A stretch of 64,000 nucleotides of DNA, taken from assembly GCA_025786725.1 (NCBI GenBank), contig JAHLTZ010000012.1, positions 662,020 through 726,019 on the forward strand, written 5' to 3'. Source of the DNA: Syncephalis fuscata S228. Lineage: Eukaryota; Fungi; Zoopagomycota. Positions 61,601 through 64,000 of this stretch are shown piece after piece; position 1 is the stretch's first letter; every line of letters begins with the position of its first letter. The notes under the pieces are model-generated. The model was not told where the DNA came from. It made no database searches and was given only the letters and a program-made list of their open reading frames with translations. Position numbers and translations under genes: made by a program.

Positions 61601-62268
61601 CAATTATAAAAGCTGAACATAAGCTATATTAATGATTTAAGCAGAGTTTAATTAAAAACAAATAGAACAATGCCGCCATATCAATATGAATGATCATATT
61701 TGTACATACATGGCGCAAACATGGAGCTATTGCATAATAATAACCTTAAGCTACACGACTGAGTTACTGTCAAAAATATAGAAATTGTAATTTACGTAGA
61801 AATAGACGCAATAAAAGCAGCTATATACCAAAATACTTGTTACTTTGAATTATTCAAACATACAATAGCAACTGGGATGTATATTTACTGTCTAAAGTAT
61901 GTCGGTATGTAGTATATTATATTTACAAATACTAATATATGAATAATACGTCATAATAACAACCAAATAACTATACATGGTTGGACTGTTACTATAACTA
62001 TTTACAGCTTAATAATTGTGAGTATATCATTGTAAGCATATGCGCAAGGTATACTGGATAGTTTAAAAGTAAGCGTCACGTTGTATGTATTCCATGTCAA
62101 TCACATTACTTAATGAATAGATAATACATCATTTTAAATTAAGCGATCTTTCTATTGAATTTGCTTACAAGTATATCATTTTGCTCATATTCATCCAGAA
62201 TTACATATTTGTCAATTTATAGCGACGACAGTATTAAAAGTGACATTTTTTAGAACAAATATAAGACC

Positions 62269-63395
62269 ATGATGGTACTGAGCATGCATAAAACAACTGA
62301 CCAGTTCGCCGATCTACTATGTAAAGACCCGTTTTGGCTAGCTGTTACTGTGCCTACTGATACAGAAATGCGTACACTTAGTAAGGTAATGCCATAAAAT
62401 AGTTGGTTAATTATAATTTTAACACATTGAATACTAAATACTCCGTATACATCCATTGACAGCTGAAGATATTATGACAGAGGACCCACGCGAGAAATGC
62501 GAGCTATTTGCAGCTACTATTTTATTTGCTTCCGTTCATTTGACGCTAATCCACATAGCGATACTTATTTGGAACCAGTATCAGTGTTTACAGTAGTAAT
62601 GCGTGAAGGTATTATTTTAATCTATCAGCAACCAACACCACATACACGCAATGTATTGCGCCGTATTCGACAACTAACTGATTATGTTACCATATCGCCC
62701 GACTGGATCAATTATGCACTTATCGACGATATAACTGATGGATTTGCACCACTTATTGGCAATCTGCGACTAGAAGTGGATAGTATTGATGAACTAGTAC
62801 TGATTCTAAAGGAATCAGAGCAAAGTGATATGTTGCGTCGAATTGGATATGCTCGAAAGAAGGTAATGACATCAATGCGACTTTTTGGTAGTAAAGCCAA
62901 TGTGATGCGTGGATTAATTAAACGATGCAATGATTGGGCTGGTGATGAAATTGAATTATATCTTGGTGATATTCAAGATATTTATATGTATATTTGATAT
63001 ATGAATATAATAGTAACACTATGACATAGATCGTTTAATTGCAATGTTACAGAATGTGGCACATTACGAAAAGATTATTGCTTGTGTACATGGCAATTAT
63101 TTGGCACAGATCGGTATTGAGTTGACACAGTCGTCCAATGCTACCAACGATATTATGTCAAAACTGACAGTTCTTGCTACTATTATAGTGCCAATAAACG
63201 TTGTTACTGGTAAGTGTAGAATGCATATGTAGTAGCTATTAGTTTAACCAATTTGTTTACAGGTTTATGGGGAATGAATGTGCAAGTACCTGGTCAAGAT
63301 GCTGAGGGGCTTGCATGGTCTTTGGAATCATCGGTGGCATGGTAATATTAGGTATTATCTTATACGTGTATATGCGACGCAATAAAGTTCTTTAA
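62269..63395 (+). pseudogene. CorA/Alr1-family Mg2+ transporter, N-terminally short and probably decayed
   Basis: PFWL, IHPLTAEDIMTEDPREKCELF, SPDWINYALIDDITDGFAP, LYLGDIQD and TG|LWGMNVQVPG. The intron-1 acceptor reads TAA and the intron-2 donor reads AT rather than AG/GT. Confidence 0.7.
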
Positions 63396-64000
63396 TTATA
63401 CTATAGGCCAAAATATCGAATATTAATTGATTTTATTTTATCAAACTGATATAGCCATTTAAATATTGATTTGTTTTAGTAAAGATATTAAAGCATAGCA
63501 ATATATTGTATCATGAATACCGTGCCACTGTTTATTCTCATTGTGCTACTGTAGATACTTTGACTATATATTAGTAAACATGGCTATTTTTACAAATAAC
63601 TTGTCATTTAGCATAATTGTAAATAAATACCGGCTTGCTTTGTTCATCCGCTCATTAGTCTATATGTACTATAGTTTAGTATAACTAATTGCTACTTGAG
63701 TTTGTATATTCTTTATACCTTTTATTGTTTTATTGTATAATAAATACGCACTATCCAATAATATTGTTTTCTTAGCTTTAGCATTATTATTAATACAATC
63801 CAGTTTATTTTGTCTATGTATTTACTTGTGCGAATATCCTTTATAACTTTGACAATGGCAACTGGCATGCCTTATATTGTAAACTTGTCTTGACATATAA
63901 CGGCATATCATGTGTTAATTTATACAAATACTTATCTATTTGTTTATAGCTTCACTCATTATAACGTTTAACTTATTTTGTTGATTTGTTTATTGGTTGT

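Overview
AT-rich eukaryotic (fungal) genomic DNA with many short (~45-65 nt) spliceosomal introns. It is probably an early-diverging fungus; a Zoopagomycota/Syncephalis-like origin is my inference, not shown by the sequence. From 1 to ~45 kb the window is gene-dense housekeeping DNA: ATG7, threonine aldolase, a large BEACH/WD40 protein, GPALPP1, NAD-glutamate dehydrogenase, BET1, short/branched-chain acyl-CoA dehydrogenase, ARMC8/Gid5, mL58, a divergent PRPP synthetase subunit, YIH1, MTQ2, MAK31 and NDUFA2. It also has a head-to-head pair of lineage-specific F-box-like genes and a small secreted peptide. From ~45 to 64 kb it is AT-rich and repeat-rich, with a kinesin-7 gene (4- and 6-nt microexons), two secreted-protein genes and a probably decayed CorA gene. 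The main unexpected signal is five truncated remnants of Fanzor-type (eukaryotic TnpB-like, RNA-guided nuclease) genes at ~26.4-27.05 kb, ~45.1-45.5 kb and ~46.85-47.33 kb, most of them missed by the ORF track. One carries a spliceosomal intron. Two share a conserved ~105-nt 3' non-coding stem-loop that is a candidate omegaRNA scaffold. Repeat copies show directional CpG/TpG transitions (RIP- or methylation-like decay). Many conserved genes have single-base deletions in short homopolymers, which I read as assembly errors. Multi-exon coordinates were assembled by hand.
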